A DNA stretch of 64,000 nt from Methanotrichaceae archaeon. Lineage in GTDB: Archaea > Halobacteriota > Methanosarcinia > Methanotrichales > Methanotrichaceae. Every line of letters begins with the position of its first letter. Positions within the stretch are counted from its first letter, which is position 1. Where the stretch lies: contig CAVVKN010000022.1 in the NCBI GenBank assembly GCA_963748825.1, positions 32,001 to 96,000 on the forward strand, read 5' to 3'. The translations under genes and the position numbers were made by a program. Shown in pieces: positions 40,315 to 50,138 of the stretch. A model generated the notes under the pieces. It was not told the origin of the DNA, did no database searches, and saw nothing but the letters and a program-made list of their open reading frames with translations.

Positions 40315-41559
40315 ATGAAATGCATTGCTTTTATTTTTATTTTTCTTGTCCTGCCGGTTTGCTTTTCGGCTCAGGCAGCCGAGCCCAAAGAGGAGTGGAA
40401 TTTAACCTTTGGGGGGCAGTACGGAGATGGAGCCTGGTGTTTGCAGGAGACTCTGGACGGCGGCAATATCCTGGTGGGAAATTCTGCATCTAGAGGAGAG
40501 GGAAGCGACCTGTTCCTGATCAGAACCGATGGATTGGGAAAATGCATCTGGAGCAAGATCCTAGGAGGATCGGGAGAGGACGTGGGATACTTCGTGCAAG
40601 AGACGAGAGACGGCGGATTTATTGTCACGGGAAGCACAAAATCTTTCGCCATGGGCGAGGAGCTCTTATGGCTTGTCAAGACGGACGGCAATGGGAGCCT
40701 CAGTTGGGATAAAACCTTTGGCGGATTTGTATCCTCTTCCGGGGATGGCGGGTGGTCTGTTGATGAGACCGATGACGCAGGCTTCATCACAACCGGATAC
40801 ACTCAATCACTGGGAAGCGGCAGAAAGGATCTCTGGCTGATTAAGACCGATGGACAGGGCAGCAAGATCTGGGATAAAACCTTTGGCGGGCGGGAAGATG
40901 ATGTGGGCATGTCCGTCTTGCAGAGCCGGGACGGCGGATATATTGTGGCTGGACGGACTGCATCCTTTGGCAAAGGAGGAGACGACATCTGGCTCCTTAA
41001 AACCGATTCCAGGGGAGAAGAGCTTTGGAACGCAACCTTTGGCGGTAAACAGGATGATGCCGGCTTTCAGGTTGTAGAGCTTAGAGATGGCTATGCTGTG
41101 GTGGGCAGGACAGAATCGGGCTCGGATAAGAAGAAGATCATTCTCATTAAAGTGGATCTTGATGGCCAGAAGCTGTGGGAGAAGACTTTCAAGGGAAGCT
41201 CGGCCTCTTCACTGCAATCGACTGCAGATGGCGGCTTTGTCATTGCAGGAAGAATAGACAACAAAGAAACCGGAAGAGATGCGCTCGTCATTAAGACCGA
41301 TTCCACAGGCAGCGAGGAGTGGTCGATGACCTTAGGAGGCAGCGCAGACGATATCGGCACCTTCGTAATTCAGAGCAGAGATGGCTCATATACGCTGGCT
41401 GGCATAACCAGCTCCTATGGGCTTGGAAGGGAGGACGCCTGGCTGGTCAAGATTCGAGAGGGACCGCCAAGCAAGGAAAATGAGACACAATTGAAGAAAT
41501 TAGTATTTCCAAATTCTGCATCGCTCAATTCAGCATCATCCAATTCAACATCGACCTAA
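40315..41559 (+). CDS. Secreted beta-propeller-like repeat protein
   Basis: About 7 repeats of W.KTFGG..DD.G..V..T.DGG.I..G.T.S...D.WL.KTD. Confidence 0.82.
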   Translation: MKCIAFIFIFLVLPVCFSAQAAEPKEEWNLTFGGQYGDGAWCLQETLDGGNILVGNSASRGEGSDLFLIRTDGLGKCIWSKILGGSGEDVGYFVQETRDGGFIVTGSTKSFAMGEELLWLVKTDGNGSLSWDKTFGGFVSSSGDGGWSVDETDDAGFITTGYTQSLGSGRKDLWLIKTDGQGSKIWDKTFGGREDDVGMSVLQSRDGGYIVAGRTASFGKGGDDIWLLKTDSRGEELWNATFGGKQDDAGFQVVELRDGYAVVGRTESGSDKKKIILIKVDLDGQKLWEKTFKGSSASSLQSTADGGFVIAGRIDNKETGRDALVIKTDSTGSEEWSMTLGGSADDIGTFVIQSRDGSYTLAGITSSYGLGREDAWLVKIREGPPSKENETQLKKLVFPNSASLNSASSNSTST

Positions 41560-41618
41560 CATGTTCAAGCAGAAGCTACCGGAAATGAGATTAGCGGAGA
41601 AGAAAAAATTTTTAAAAG

Positions 41619-42356
41619 ATGAGATGCATAGAGCCACTGATGCCAACACACGTCAGGATCTCTGAAATAGGCCTCTATCTGCGCTGCCCCCGGCTGATTT
41701 ACTTTGAAAATCTGAGAAGGACGCCCAAAAAGATCGATACCAAGCAGATCCTCCTAAGAAGCCTCATGCTCTCTTTTTCCCAAAAAAAAGATCTGGAAGG
41801 CCAGCTAAAAGAGAGCCTGGCCAGGTTGGAAGCGGAACTGCCTTTGGTTTATGAGATCGAGCCGGATGAGATGGAGCCGGCCTGCCGGGAGCTGGAAGGA
41901 GAGATTGCCGGTATTGCCCAGGGCCTGGCCGGGCACCTGGACCTTCTGCTTCCCTGCCAGGCAGAGGTTGACCTTTTTTCGGATAAATTGGGCCTCTCCG
42001 GCAGGCTGGACCGCCTGGCACCGGGCAGCACTCCTTCCCTCATCCGCACGGGCAAAGCCCCGCAGGACGGCATCTGGAAAAGGGACAGGCTCATGCTGGC
42101 GGGTTATGCCCTGCTCTTGGGCGAGAAGAACAAGACGCATATAAATCAAGGACTGGTGGAGTATCCGGCCCTGGCCCTGGTTCGAGCCGCTGAGATCCAC
42201 AGCGTAGACAGAGCACGAGTGCTGCGCATTCGAGACAGAATAAGGCTGATAAAAGAAGGGCAGCTTCCCGACCGGCCCGAGGATGCACCCTGCCAGGCTT
42301 GCGAGGCGAGGGAGATTTGCGAGACCAGGCATAGTCTGGCGTCGAAATTCTTTTAG
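41619..42356 (+). CDS. Solo Cas4/Dna2-like Fe-S nuclease-fold protein
   Basis: YLRCPR..YF, LSGRLD and C-terminal C..C....C; no cas operon nearby. Confidence 0.82.
   Translation: MRCIEPLMPTHVRISEIGLYLRCPRLIYFENLRRTPKKIDTKQILLRSLMLSFSQKKDLEGQLKESLARLEAELPLVYEIEPDEMEPACRELEGEIAGIAQGLAGHLDLLLPCQAEVDLFSDKLGLSGRLDRLAPGSTPSLIRTGKAPQDGIWKRDRLMLAGYALLLGEKNKTHINQGLVEYPALALVRAAEIHSVDRARVLRIRDRIRLIKEGQLPDRPEDAPCQACEAREICETRHSLASKFF
42229..42356 (+). repeat. Left copy of a ~128-bp direct repeat (3' end of the cas4-like gene)
   Basis: Aligns with 49885-50012 without gaps. Confidence 0.9.
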
Positions 42357-42458
42357 GGATACTCCATTAACCACTTGATAAGGCCAGGAGTCTGCCAGGC
42401 GCGATGCATGCCCTCGATAATTTCTTCTGCCTGGTAGCATGACCCAAAGCTTTTTCGT

Positions 42459-44411
42459 GTGAGCAATGGTTGGGATAACCCGAGGGAGAGATATTTGGTG
42501 GCATCTGCGGAGATAATCAAGAAGGGGGACGTGTTTAATAATAGCGGCCTTTTTTCAAATCATTACTTAGAGAATATGATCCAAAAGGTCCCAGAATGGG
42601 ATGATGAAGCTCATCTCCTTGAAACCTTCTCGCGAATAAAAGAAATCTTCGATCGGAAAGGGAAAAATTTCGAAAGGTACGTTGAGGCCGATCTGGAACA
42701 CAATTGGGTCAGGCCGGTTTTTGACAAACTTGGTCACCATTACGGGGTTCAGGAAGGCTTACATCACGATCCCCTGAAACCCGATTATGCCTTCTTTCCC
42801 GATCTTGAGACTCTGGAAGAGGCTTATTCTCACAAGAGGGGCGCAGAAGATTTCTATAAGAAAGCCATTGCGGTTGGAGATGCTAAAGCCTGGAATGTGC
42901 TTTTAGATAAAAGCCGCCAGGGGAAAGCGCATCGAGAGATGACCAATCCTAGCTTTCAAATAGACGTTTATCTCCGAGCTACTCCGCCCAAGTGGGCGAT
43001 TCTCACCAACGGGAGAATGTGGAGGCTTTACCACGAAGACACGAGCGTCAAGATGGACTGTTACTATGAGGTAAATCTTCCAGAGTTGATTAATAGGATC
43101 GAGGAGACCGGCGATATCACGCTTTTCAAGTATTTTTATTTATTCTTCAGGCTTGAAGCCTTCCCCCAAGTCCCGCTCGGTTCATCTTTTCTGGATAGAA
43201 TCCGGGAGGAGAGCGCGGCATACTCCCAGAAGATTGGAACAGATCTGCAAGAGAATGTCTACAAAGCAATGAAGGTCTTGGCTGAAGGCTTTTTTGCAGA
43301 GCAATCAAACTCGTTGTCACATTTGACGGAAGACATAAAAGATGTTCAGAATAACTCCATGCGCCTGCTTTATCGCCTTCTATTCATCTTCTATGCCGAG
43401 AGCAGGAAGCTACTGAACACTGACAACAAACACTACCGGGAAATGAGTCTTCGCAAACTGAAGGAAGAAATCTCAGAAAAGATGGATCAGGGCGAGACTA
43501 TGCTTGCGGTCAGATCCACTTACTGGGAAGGATTAAAGGACCTGTTCCGCCTCATAAACGATGGTAGTGAAGCCTTTGGTTATCCTAAGGAAGAGTTCTA
43601 CATACCGGCATACAATGGCGGGCTCTTCGATCCTACGAAAAATCCGTTTCTCTCAGTGAAGAAGATAGGAAACTCATATCTGGCAGAGGCCATCGATCTC
43701 CTGGCACGTTCCCCCGGCGAGGGGAAAATGGTTTTCGTTGATTATTCGTCCCTGGACATTCGGCACCTGGGATCGATCTATGAAGGCATTCTTGAGTACA
43801 AGTTACACCTGGCTGAGGAGCCGATGGTGGCCATCAAAGAAAAGGGAAAAGAGGTCTGGTCGCTGAAAGGAGAGGCTGCCGGCAAGAAATTCTCAGATAG
43901 CGTTGAGGCGGGCTGCCTGTATTTGGTGACGGATAAGGGCGAAAGAAAGGCCACGGGCTCCTTCTACACACCGGAATATATCGTGAAGCACATGGTGAAA
44001 AACACACTTGCGCCACTGATCGATCCGATGATGGAGGAAGCAATGTGGTCTGAGGACCTGCGCAAGGATCTTCTCAAGAAGCTGCTCTCTCTCAAGGTTC
44101 TCGATCCGGCCATGGGATCAGGTCATTTTCTAGTTGAAGCTACGGATTACATTGCCAGGGAGATTATTCATGCCAAAGAGATAGCCAGACATGAGGATCT
44201 GGAATCTGAAGATATTGCGGAGAACGATATTCATTGGGCGCGGCGTGAGGTGGTCAGAAACTGCATCTACGGCGTGGACCTCAACCCAATGGCCGTGGAG
44301 CTGGCCAAATTATCGTTGTGGCTGACCACAGTTGCCTCTAACAAGCCCCTGAGCTTTTTGGACCACCACCTGAGATGCGGAAACAGCGCTCATCGGGGCG
44401 GAGCTGGATAA
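42459..44411 (+). CDS. Type IIG (Eco57I-like) restriction-modification enzyme, N-terminal part
   Basis: PDY...DAK nuclease, ILTNG..WRLY, LGSIYEG, GSFYTP and VLDPAMGSGHFL motifs; +1 indel near 44388. Confidence 0.9.
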   Translation: MSNGWDNPRERYLVASAEIIKKGDVFNNSGLFSNHYLENMIQKVPEWDDEAHLLETFSRIKEIFDRKGKNFERYVEADLEHNWVRPVFDKLGHHYGVQEGLHHDPLKPDYAFFPDLETLEEAYSHKRGAEDFYKKAIAVGDAKAWNVLLDKSRQGKAHREMTNPSFQIDVYLRATPPKWAILTNGRMWRLYHEDTSVKMDCYYEVNLPELINRIEETGDITLFKYFYLFFRLEAFPQVPLGSSFLDRIREESAAYSQKIGTDLQENVYKAMKVLAEGFFAEQSNSLSHLTEDIKDVQNNSMRLLYRLLFIFYAESRKLLNTDNKHYREMSLRKLKEEISEKMDQGETMLAVRSTYWEGLKDLFRLINDGSEAFGYPKEEFYIPAYNGGLFDPTKNPFLSVKKIGNSYLAEAIDLLARSPGEGKMVFVDYSSLDIRHLGSIYEGILEYKLHLAEEPMVAIKEKGKEVWSLKGEAAGKKFSDSVEAGCLYLVTDKGERKATGSFYTPEYIVKHMVKNTLAPLIDPMMEEAMWSEDLRKDLLKKLLSLKVLDPAMGSGHFLVEATDYIAREIIHAKEIARHEDLESEDIAENDIHWARREVVRNCIYGVDLNPMAVELAKLSLWLTTVASNKPLSFLDHHLRCGNSAHRGGAG

Positions 44412-44421
44412 GCTCGCCACC

Positions 44422-46394
44422 TTGCCGGGCGGGCAGGCAGAGCAGACGCCGCTCTGGAGCTTTGGGCTGAAGAGCCACACGAGCGGGCTTCTCAAAAGGT
44501 ACAGCCTCATGGCGGCGCTGCCGGACGACAATTTGCAGATGGTCAAATGGAAGGAGGATCAGTTCCGCCAGATCAAGGAGTCGGAGCTCTCCCGCAGGCT
44601 GAACGAGCTTTCTAATGTCTGGCTGTCCACATTTTTCGGCAACAAAGTGAGTGATGACGATTACTACGAGCTGCAAAACCACCTCAGCCCGGAGAAGTTT
44701 CCGGACTGGGCCGGCCTGCGGGAGCGGGAGTGGTTCACACGGGCGCAGGCGCTGGGGCAGGAGAAGCGGTTCTTCCACTGGGAGCTGGAGTTTCCGGAGG
44801 CGTTTCAGGGGGAGAAACGGGGATTCGATGTGGTGATCGGGAATCCACCGTACGACGAGCTATCCGAAGTGGCTCTGGGACGAAAAATTGATGAGAAGAA
44901 ATATTTCCAAGAATCTCAAATATATCAAATAGCTGCAACCAATAGAATAAATCTATTACCGATTTTTCATAGCTTGCGCTTTAGATAAAATCAAAAAAAG
45001 AAGGTGTTCATGGATTCATTGTACCTATGTCCCTTCTTGGTGATCGTTTTACTTTTGAGCTTAGAAGTAAAATTTTAAATGAGTCGGATTTGCAGCAGGT
45101 TGAGGCTTTTCCACAAAAAGATGATCCCAAAGACAGAGTTTTTTTTGACGCTAAGTTGCCTACCTGTGTATACATTTTAGTGCTGGCAATCCCCGAGAAG
45201 TGCATTTCAAGGTCAGGACACACCCGGGAAAGGATCTCAAAATAGGATCGCCTTCATATCTTGCATCATCACCTGAGATAGTGAAATTTGATCCAATTAA
45301 CTTATACAATACCACTCTGTGATAACCATGAGTGGGATCTTGCCAGCAAATTTGCACTAAGTCCGATTCTGTGTCCTATTGGTGATATTGCTGCTCCAAT
45401 GTCCGGAGAAGTTATGTTTAACGAAGCATTCAGGCCATATCTAAGCGAAAATCCTGAAAATGCTCTTGTGCTTCGAGGCGGACATGTACAGACGCTATGA
45501 ACTAATTGACGACCCTAAGCAGGGGACACCTATTTTTATTAACAAAGAAAGATGGCTAGCAGAATTGAAGAGAGGGAACTTCGGCTTTTGCTCATTTGAA
45601 GTCGAGAGTTGTCTACCAAGAAAGGGCAGCTCTTGATAACTGGCGTCGCATTATCGCAACTTATCTTCCAGCAGGCAATATTTGTGGACATAAGATATGT
45701 TACTTTATTAATGCAAAGTATAATGAGCTTGCATTTTTGGCCATTTTCAATTAGTAGCGTTGTAGAGTGGAGGTATGGATTGGTTAGTACTACCAATAAT
45801 TTATCTGCCTACCAAATAACTGCAATACCTATTCCAAAGTTCAACTTCTCCACCCCCGCTCCCGAGCGCGCTCGCCTGGGGGCGGAGCTGCAGCAGCTCT
45901 ACGCCGAGGGCAAGCACGCCGAGATCCTGGCCCAGATGGAGGCCTGCCTGCCCAAAGACGAGGCAGGCAACTTCATCGCAGAGCAGGAACGTTCGGATGT
46001 AGTGCACGACCTGCTGGCCTTCCTGGCGGAGAGAATGCTGGAGATGAACAAGCAGAAGCAGCAGGAGATCAAAGGCTTCCTGGGATGGCTGGAAGGCTAC
46101 CTGGGCGCAAAGGTCGATGATCTGACGCCCAAGACCAAACTGCAGAGCTACTACGAACACGATTATGAGAGCTTTTTGGCGGTGCTGAAGAAGAACAGCA
46201 AGAAGCTGCAAGTCGATCCGGCCAGACGGGAGCCGGCGGAGGCGCTGCGGGCCGAGTTCGAGGGATCGCTGGGCAAGCTGATGCCACTGCGGGAGAGGAT
46301 CAGGCAGACGGATGAACTGATCGACGCGGTGGTGTACAAACTGTACGGGCTGACGGAAGAGGAAATAAGAATCGTGGAAGGAAATGCAGCTTGA
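44422..46394 (+). pseudogene. Type IIG R-M C-terminal part (NPPY motif, TRD, C-terminal helices) with several frameshifts
   Basis: FHWELEFPE and GFDVVIGNPPY; AT-rich TRD at about 44880-45850; ends TD.LID..VY.LYGLT.EEI.IVE. Confidence 0.82.
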
Positions 46395-46429
46395 GAGAGT
46401 ATGCGGATTATCAGAGGAGGAAAGGTGCG

Positions 46430-46873
46430 ATGGATCTGATTTATCTTGATTACAATTGCTTTCAAAGAAGATTCGATGATCCCAGCCAGATAAGGATCCA
46501 GCTTGAAGCTCTGGCCTGCGAAGAGATCTTTCTGAGGGCTGAGATTGAAGAGGTCCAATTAGCGTGGTCCTTCATGCATGAGGATGAGACCTTGCTTTGC
46601 CCCTTCCCGAATAGATTGAACGTTGCCTTCATACTTTCCACTCTTTGCAGGATAAGAATTGGACCTGAAGAGCAAATCTATGAATCCGCCCTGGAATTTC
46701 AGAGAAGATCCAAGATGACCTCAAAGGATGCTATCCACCTCGCATGTGCCCATTTTATCAAAGCCGATTACTTCATAAGTTGCGACAATAGACTTGTAAG
46801 GCAGGCTAAGAAAATAGGATTGAAAATGGCGATCTTGAATCCTGTGGATTACATTAGAATGGAGGATCTATGA
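46430..46873 (+). CDS. PIN-domain (VapC-like) protein
   Basis: IYLDYNC..R.FDD, DAIHLACA and FISCD motifs. Confidence 0.85.
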   Translation: MDLIYLDYNCFQRRFDDPSQIRIQLEALACEEIFLRAEIEEVQLAWSFMHEDETLLCPFPNRLNVAFILSTLCRIRIGPEEQIYESALEFQRRSKMTSKDAIHLACAHFIKADYFISCDNRLVRQAKKIGLKMAILNPVDYIRMEDL

Positions 46874-47082
46874 CCGATAGAGCAAGGGCAATGGACGAAG
46901 CAAAGCTTAGAGTTCTTGGAATAGATGCCTTGAATAAGGCTTTAGGTCCCGCCGAAGCGCTTAGATTTCTAGCTCTCTTCCACCGTGAGCCAACTGATTA
47001 CGTTGAGGTCTCTAAAAAGCTTTACGAAAATCAGAGTGTGGAAGAAATCTTCAAGCGGGCCAAAACGCATTGGAGAGGCTGA
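46870..47082 (+). CDS. Small partner (antitoxin-like) of the PIN protein
   Basis: Overlapping ATGA; G..AL...LG...A.RFL......DY pattern. Confidence 0.7.
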   Translation: MTDRARAMDEAKLRVLGIDALNKALGPAEALRFLALFHREPTDYVEVSKKLYENQSVEEIFKRAKTHWRG

Positions 47083-47130
47083 AATTCAAGATAATTGCTT
47101 TTCCGGAAGACATAGAATTCTCTCTTAAGG

Positions 47131-47683
47131 TCGACTTCACACGCCCGCGCCCGAGCGCACCCGCCTGGGAGCGGAGCTGCAGCAGCTCTACGCCGATGGC
47201 AAGCATGCGGAGATCACAGGCCCCTGGTGGATGTCTGCCTGCCCAAAGACGTGGCTGGCAATTTCATCGCAAGCCAGGAGAAATCGGATGTGGTGCACGT
47301 TCTCCTGGCCTTCCTGGCGGAGAGAATGCTGGAGATGAACAAGCAGAAGCAGACGGAGATCAAAGGCTTCTTGGGCTGGCTGGAAAGCTACGTGGGGGCC
47401 AGAGTGGAGAACCTCACGCCCAAAGACAAAGCTGCAGAGCTACTACGAGCACGATTATGAGAGCTTCCTGGCGGTGCTCAAGAAGAACAGCAAGAAGCTG
47501 GCCATCGATCCGGCACGCCGGGAGCCGGCGGAGCTGCTCCGGGCCGAGTTCGAGGGATCGCTGGGCAAGCTGATGCCACTGCGGGAGAGGATCAGGCAGA
47601 CGGATGAACTGATCGACGCGGTGGTGTACAAACTGTACGGGCTGACTGAGGAAGAGATCAGGATTGTGGAAGGGAAGGCTTGA
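47131..47683 (+). repeat. Orphan copy 2 of the R-M C-terminal segment, frameshifted
   Basis: High identity to 45851-46394. Confidence 0.92.
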
Positions 47684-47853
47684 TATGCGCGTGATGTTAT
47701 CCTGCAATTTCTTGATTCATTATTCCGAGAATTCAGTTGATTGCGATACAGATATATACTCGTGTAGATTAATCAATAAGGCATTAGAGACATTATTGAA
47801 AAATAAAAATCTAAAAAATGTAGGATTGGAATTACTAAGAGGAGGGGCAGAAC

Positions 47854-48555
47854 ATGAGCGTGTTGTCCGATGTCAGGCTATTAGAAAAGATCTACGATAA
47901 AGAACTCAAAATAGAGCCCTTCGTCTTTGACAATATCCAGCCCTCCTCCATTGATCTGACCCTGGATAAACGAATACGAACTCCTAAGAGAGGCATTGAG
48001 CTTAATGCATTTGATGCCGATATCAAGGAATGCTTTGAAGAGAGAATTCTTGATGAGTACACCCTCAAACCAGGAGATTTCATTATCGGCCAGATTAAGG
48101 AGAACATCGGCCTTTCCAAAAGGATGACCGGCCTCATTCAAAATAGGAACAGCCTGATTCGTCTGGGAATTAACGTGGGACTATCGTCTTACATCAATCC
48201 TGGCTATTTTGGTCAATTGCCCATAGTCATCCACAATTTGGGAAGCTTCTCCGTGGATCTGGTTCCTGGGATGAGGATCTGTCAGTTGGTCATATTTGAT
48301 GTCGAACCCGATCCCGAAAGAGATTACAGCCAAAGAAAAGACGCCAAATATCTGGGAGAAAGCGACGTCGGTTTATCTAAATTATACATGGATGTGGAAG
48401 TTGAAGAATACTTAAAAGAGTACAATAAAAAGAGCACCAAAGAGATTGATAAAAAGGAACTCATTGAATTCTTGGAACAAAGAATAAAAGAGAAGGCCAT
48501 AGACACACTGAAAGGTCTGACGGACGAGGAAAAACAAAAGATTGGTCTGCTATAA
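47854..48555 (+). CDS. dcd: dCTP deaminase/dUTPase-fold protein with atypical active site and C-terminal extension
   Basis: LSD, IQPSSIDL, L.PG, RNSLIRLG, INPGY.G, GMRICQL and AKY motifs. Confidence 0.85.
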   Translation: MSVLSDVRLLEKIYDKELKIEPFVFDNIQPSSIDLTLDKRIRTPKRGIELNAFDADIKECFEERILDEYTLKPGDFIIGQIKENIGLSKRMTGLIQNRNSLIRLGINVGLSSYINPGYFGQLPIVIHNLGSFSVDLVPGMRICQLVIFDVEPDPERDYSQRKDAKYLGESDVGLSKLYMDVEVEEYLKEYNKKSTKEIDKKELIEFLEQRIKEKAIDTLKGLTDEEKQKIGLL

Positions 48556-48556
48556 T

Positions 48557-49000
48557 ATGGAAAAGAACTTCAAAGACTTAATTCAAGAGATCAGGCCGTA
48601 TATCGTCAAGGGCATTCAAGATGCAAAAGTTAGTGAGTACGAGCAGAGCTATAAGAAACGGAATGGGAAAAAGCCGTCTGCAGAAGAGATTAACCAGTTT
48701 ATTTCTATTCTAATCGCGAATGGAACAGTAAAGAGCGATGCAGATGAGATTGTAAATGAATTAATTAATAAATATAGTAAAAAATTATTAGTAAAATTAA
48801 TAATAAATTCATCTATTTCACTGGGTTCTGCCGGATTGTTCCTGGTTTATATCTTAATATATTTAAAAACTGTTTTGGGATTGAATATTGTTAAAGAGGA
48901 TTACCTCATAAGCGCGCCAAATTTCATACTAGCTATAATATTATTTTTTATTGCCATCGCCCTATTTGTCATTTCTGTTTCAAAAAAAGACAAAGACTGA
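48557..49000 (+). CDS. Hypothetical protein with two C-terminal transmembrane helices
   Basis: ATG 1 nt after the dcd-like stop; very AT-rich; two hydrophobic segments. Confidence 0.75.
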   Translation: MEKNFKDLIQEIRPYIVKGIQDAKVSEYEQSYKKRNGKKPSAEEINQFISILIANGTVKSDADEIVNELINKYSKKLLVKLIINSSISLGSAGLFLVYILIYLKTVLGLNIVKEDYLISAPNFILAIILFFIAIALFVISVSKKDKD

Positions 49001-49030
49001 CTATCGTCTGTCCGCATCTCTGCCGCCAAT

Positions 49031-49210
49031 CCCGCGCCCGAGCGCGCCCGCCTAGGGGCGGAGATGCAGCAGCTCTACGCCGATGGCAAGCATGCGGAGA
49101 TCACAGGCCCCTGGTGGATGTCTGCCTGCCCAAAGACGTGGCTGGCAATTTCATCACCGAGCAGGAACGGTCGGACGTGGTCCACTACCTTCTCGCATTC
49201 CTGGCAGAGA
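49031..49210 (+). repeat. Orphan copy 3 (truncated) of the R-M C-terminal segment
   Basis: Shares the ATCACAGGCCCCTGGTGGATG variant with copy 2. Confidence 0.9.
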
Positions 49211-49291
49211 GGGCTGATAATTGGTGCCTCCTCTGATGTAAGGGCCTACATGGATAAATGGTGATCTGCTAAAGCCGCGGTGCTTCAGCCT

Positions 49292-49531
49292 TCATCCTTC
49301 GGCACTCTTCCCCCCAGCCGGTGTCATTTGATAAGTCATCTCACCCGCAGTCGGATGTCTCGCCACATACCCAACTGAGACCAGCCTTTTCAAAGCTTTC
49401 CGAGCCATTTTAACCTCTAGAAATTTCTTTATAAACGTGTGTTGAGGGACGTGTGCTGATTTACTTCCATCAGTCGCAACGCAAATCTTCGCCAAAGCCA
49501 ACTGCTTATGTTTATATTCAAAGCACCTCAA
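49292..49531 (-). CDS. Small winged-helix-like protein
   Basis: RKALKRLVSVGYV...TYQMTPAG. Confidence 0.45.
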   Translation of the reverse strand: MRCFEYKHKQLALAKICVATDGSKSAHVPQHTFIKKFLEVKMARKALKRLVSVGYVARHPTAGEMTYQMTPAGGKSAEG

Positions 49532-49540
49532 TAAGATAGG

Positions 49541-49849
49541 ATGGCAGGTCAGACAGTTGAAGCCGTCCAGGCCCGGCGCGCGATTGGTGGAGATACTGAT
49601 TGGGAGTTATATGAGCTTATAGATGAACGTCCAAGGCTAAGCATTTATGAGCTGGCAAAGCTGAAAGGCTGGACGCATGGCCGGGTCCATAAGGCAGCAA
49701 AACGCTTAGAAAAGAATGGCCTGGTAATAGTGGAACTGGTAGTTGATGGCAGCCGCGTGAAATCATTGGTGAGGCCACTTGAATGGTGGGAAATGATGAC
49801 GCCGGATGAGTTGGAGAAGTTCAAGCAGATGGATATTTCCGTAACTTAG
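49541..49849 (+). CDS. Winged HTH DNA-binding protein
   Basis: LYELI..RP.LSIYELAK..GW..G.V....KRLEK.GLV. Confidence 0.72.
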   Translation: MAGQTVEAVQARRAIGGDTDWELYELIDERPRLSIYELAKLKGWTHGRVHKAAKRLEKNGLVIVELVVDGSRVKSLVRPLEWWEMMTPDELEKFKQMDISVT

Positions 49850-49884
49850 GGATTTGATAGAAAAGTACCTTTAACCACATCGTT

Positions 49885-50012
49885 TTCGAGACAGAATAAG
49901 GCTGATAAAAGATGGCCAGCTTCCCGACCGGCCACGAGGTGCACCCTGCCCGGCTTGCGAGGCAAGAGAGATCTGCAGGGTGAGGCATAGTCTGGCGTCA
50001 AGATTCTTTTTA
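49885..50012 (+). repeat. Right copy of the cas4-like 3'-end direct repeat
   Basis: Translates RDRIRLIKDGQLPDRPRGAPCPACEAREICRVRHSLASRFF. Confidence 0.9.
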
Positions 50013-50138
50013 TGCACGAAGTGCAAACCTATACCTTATAAAGGGGGAGCCTCATTTGCTGCTACGAACCAAGAACATTTTCAAGCTGACGGCAGGGCCT
50101 GCTGTTCTTGGCAGGCCTGCCAATTAAGAGGATAATAA

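Noticed and set aside
41619-42356. CRISPR-Cas locus or casposon
   Set aside because: No cas1/cas2, no array, no polymerase and no terminal inverted repeats in the window.
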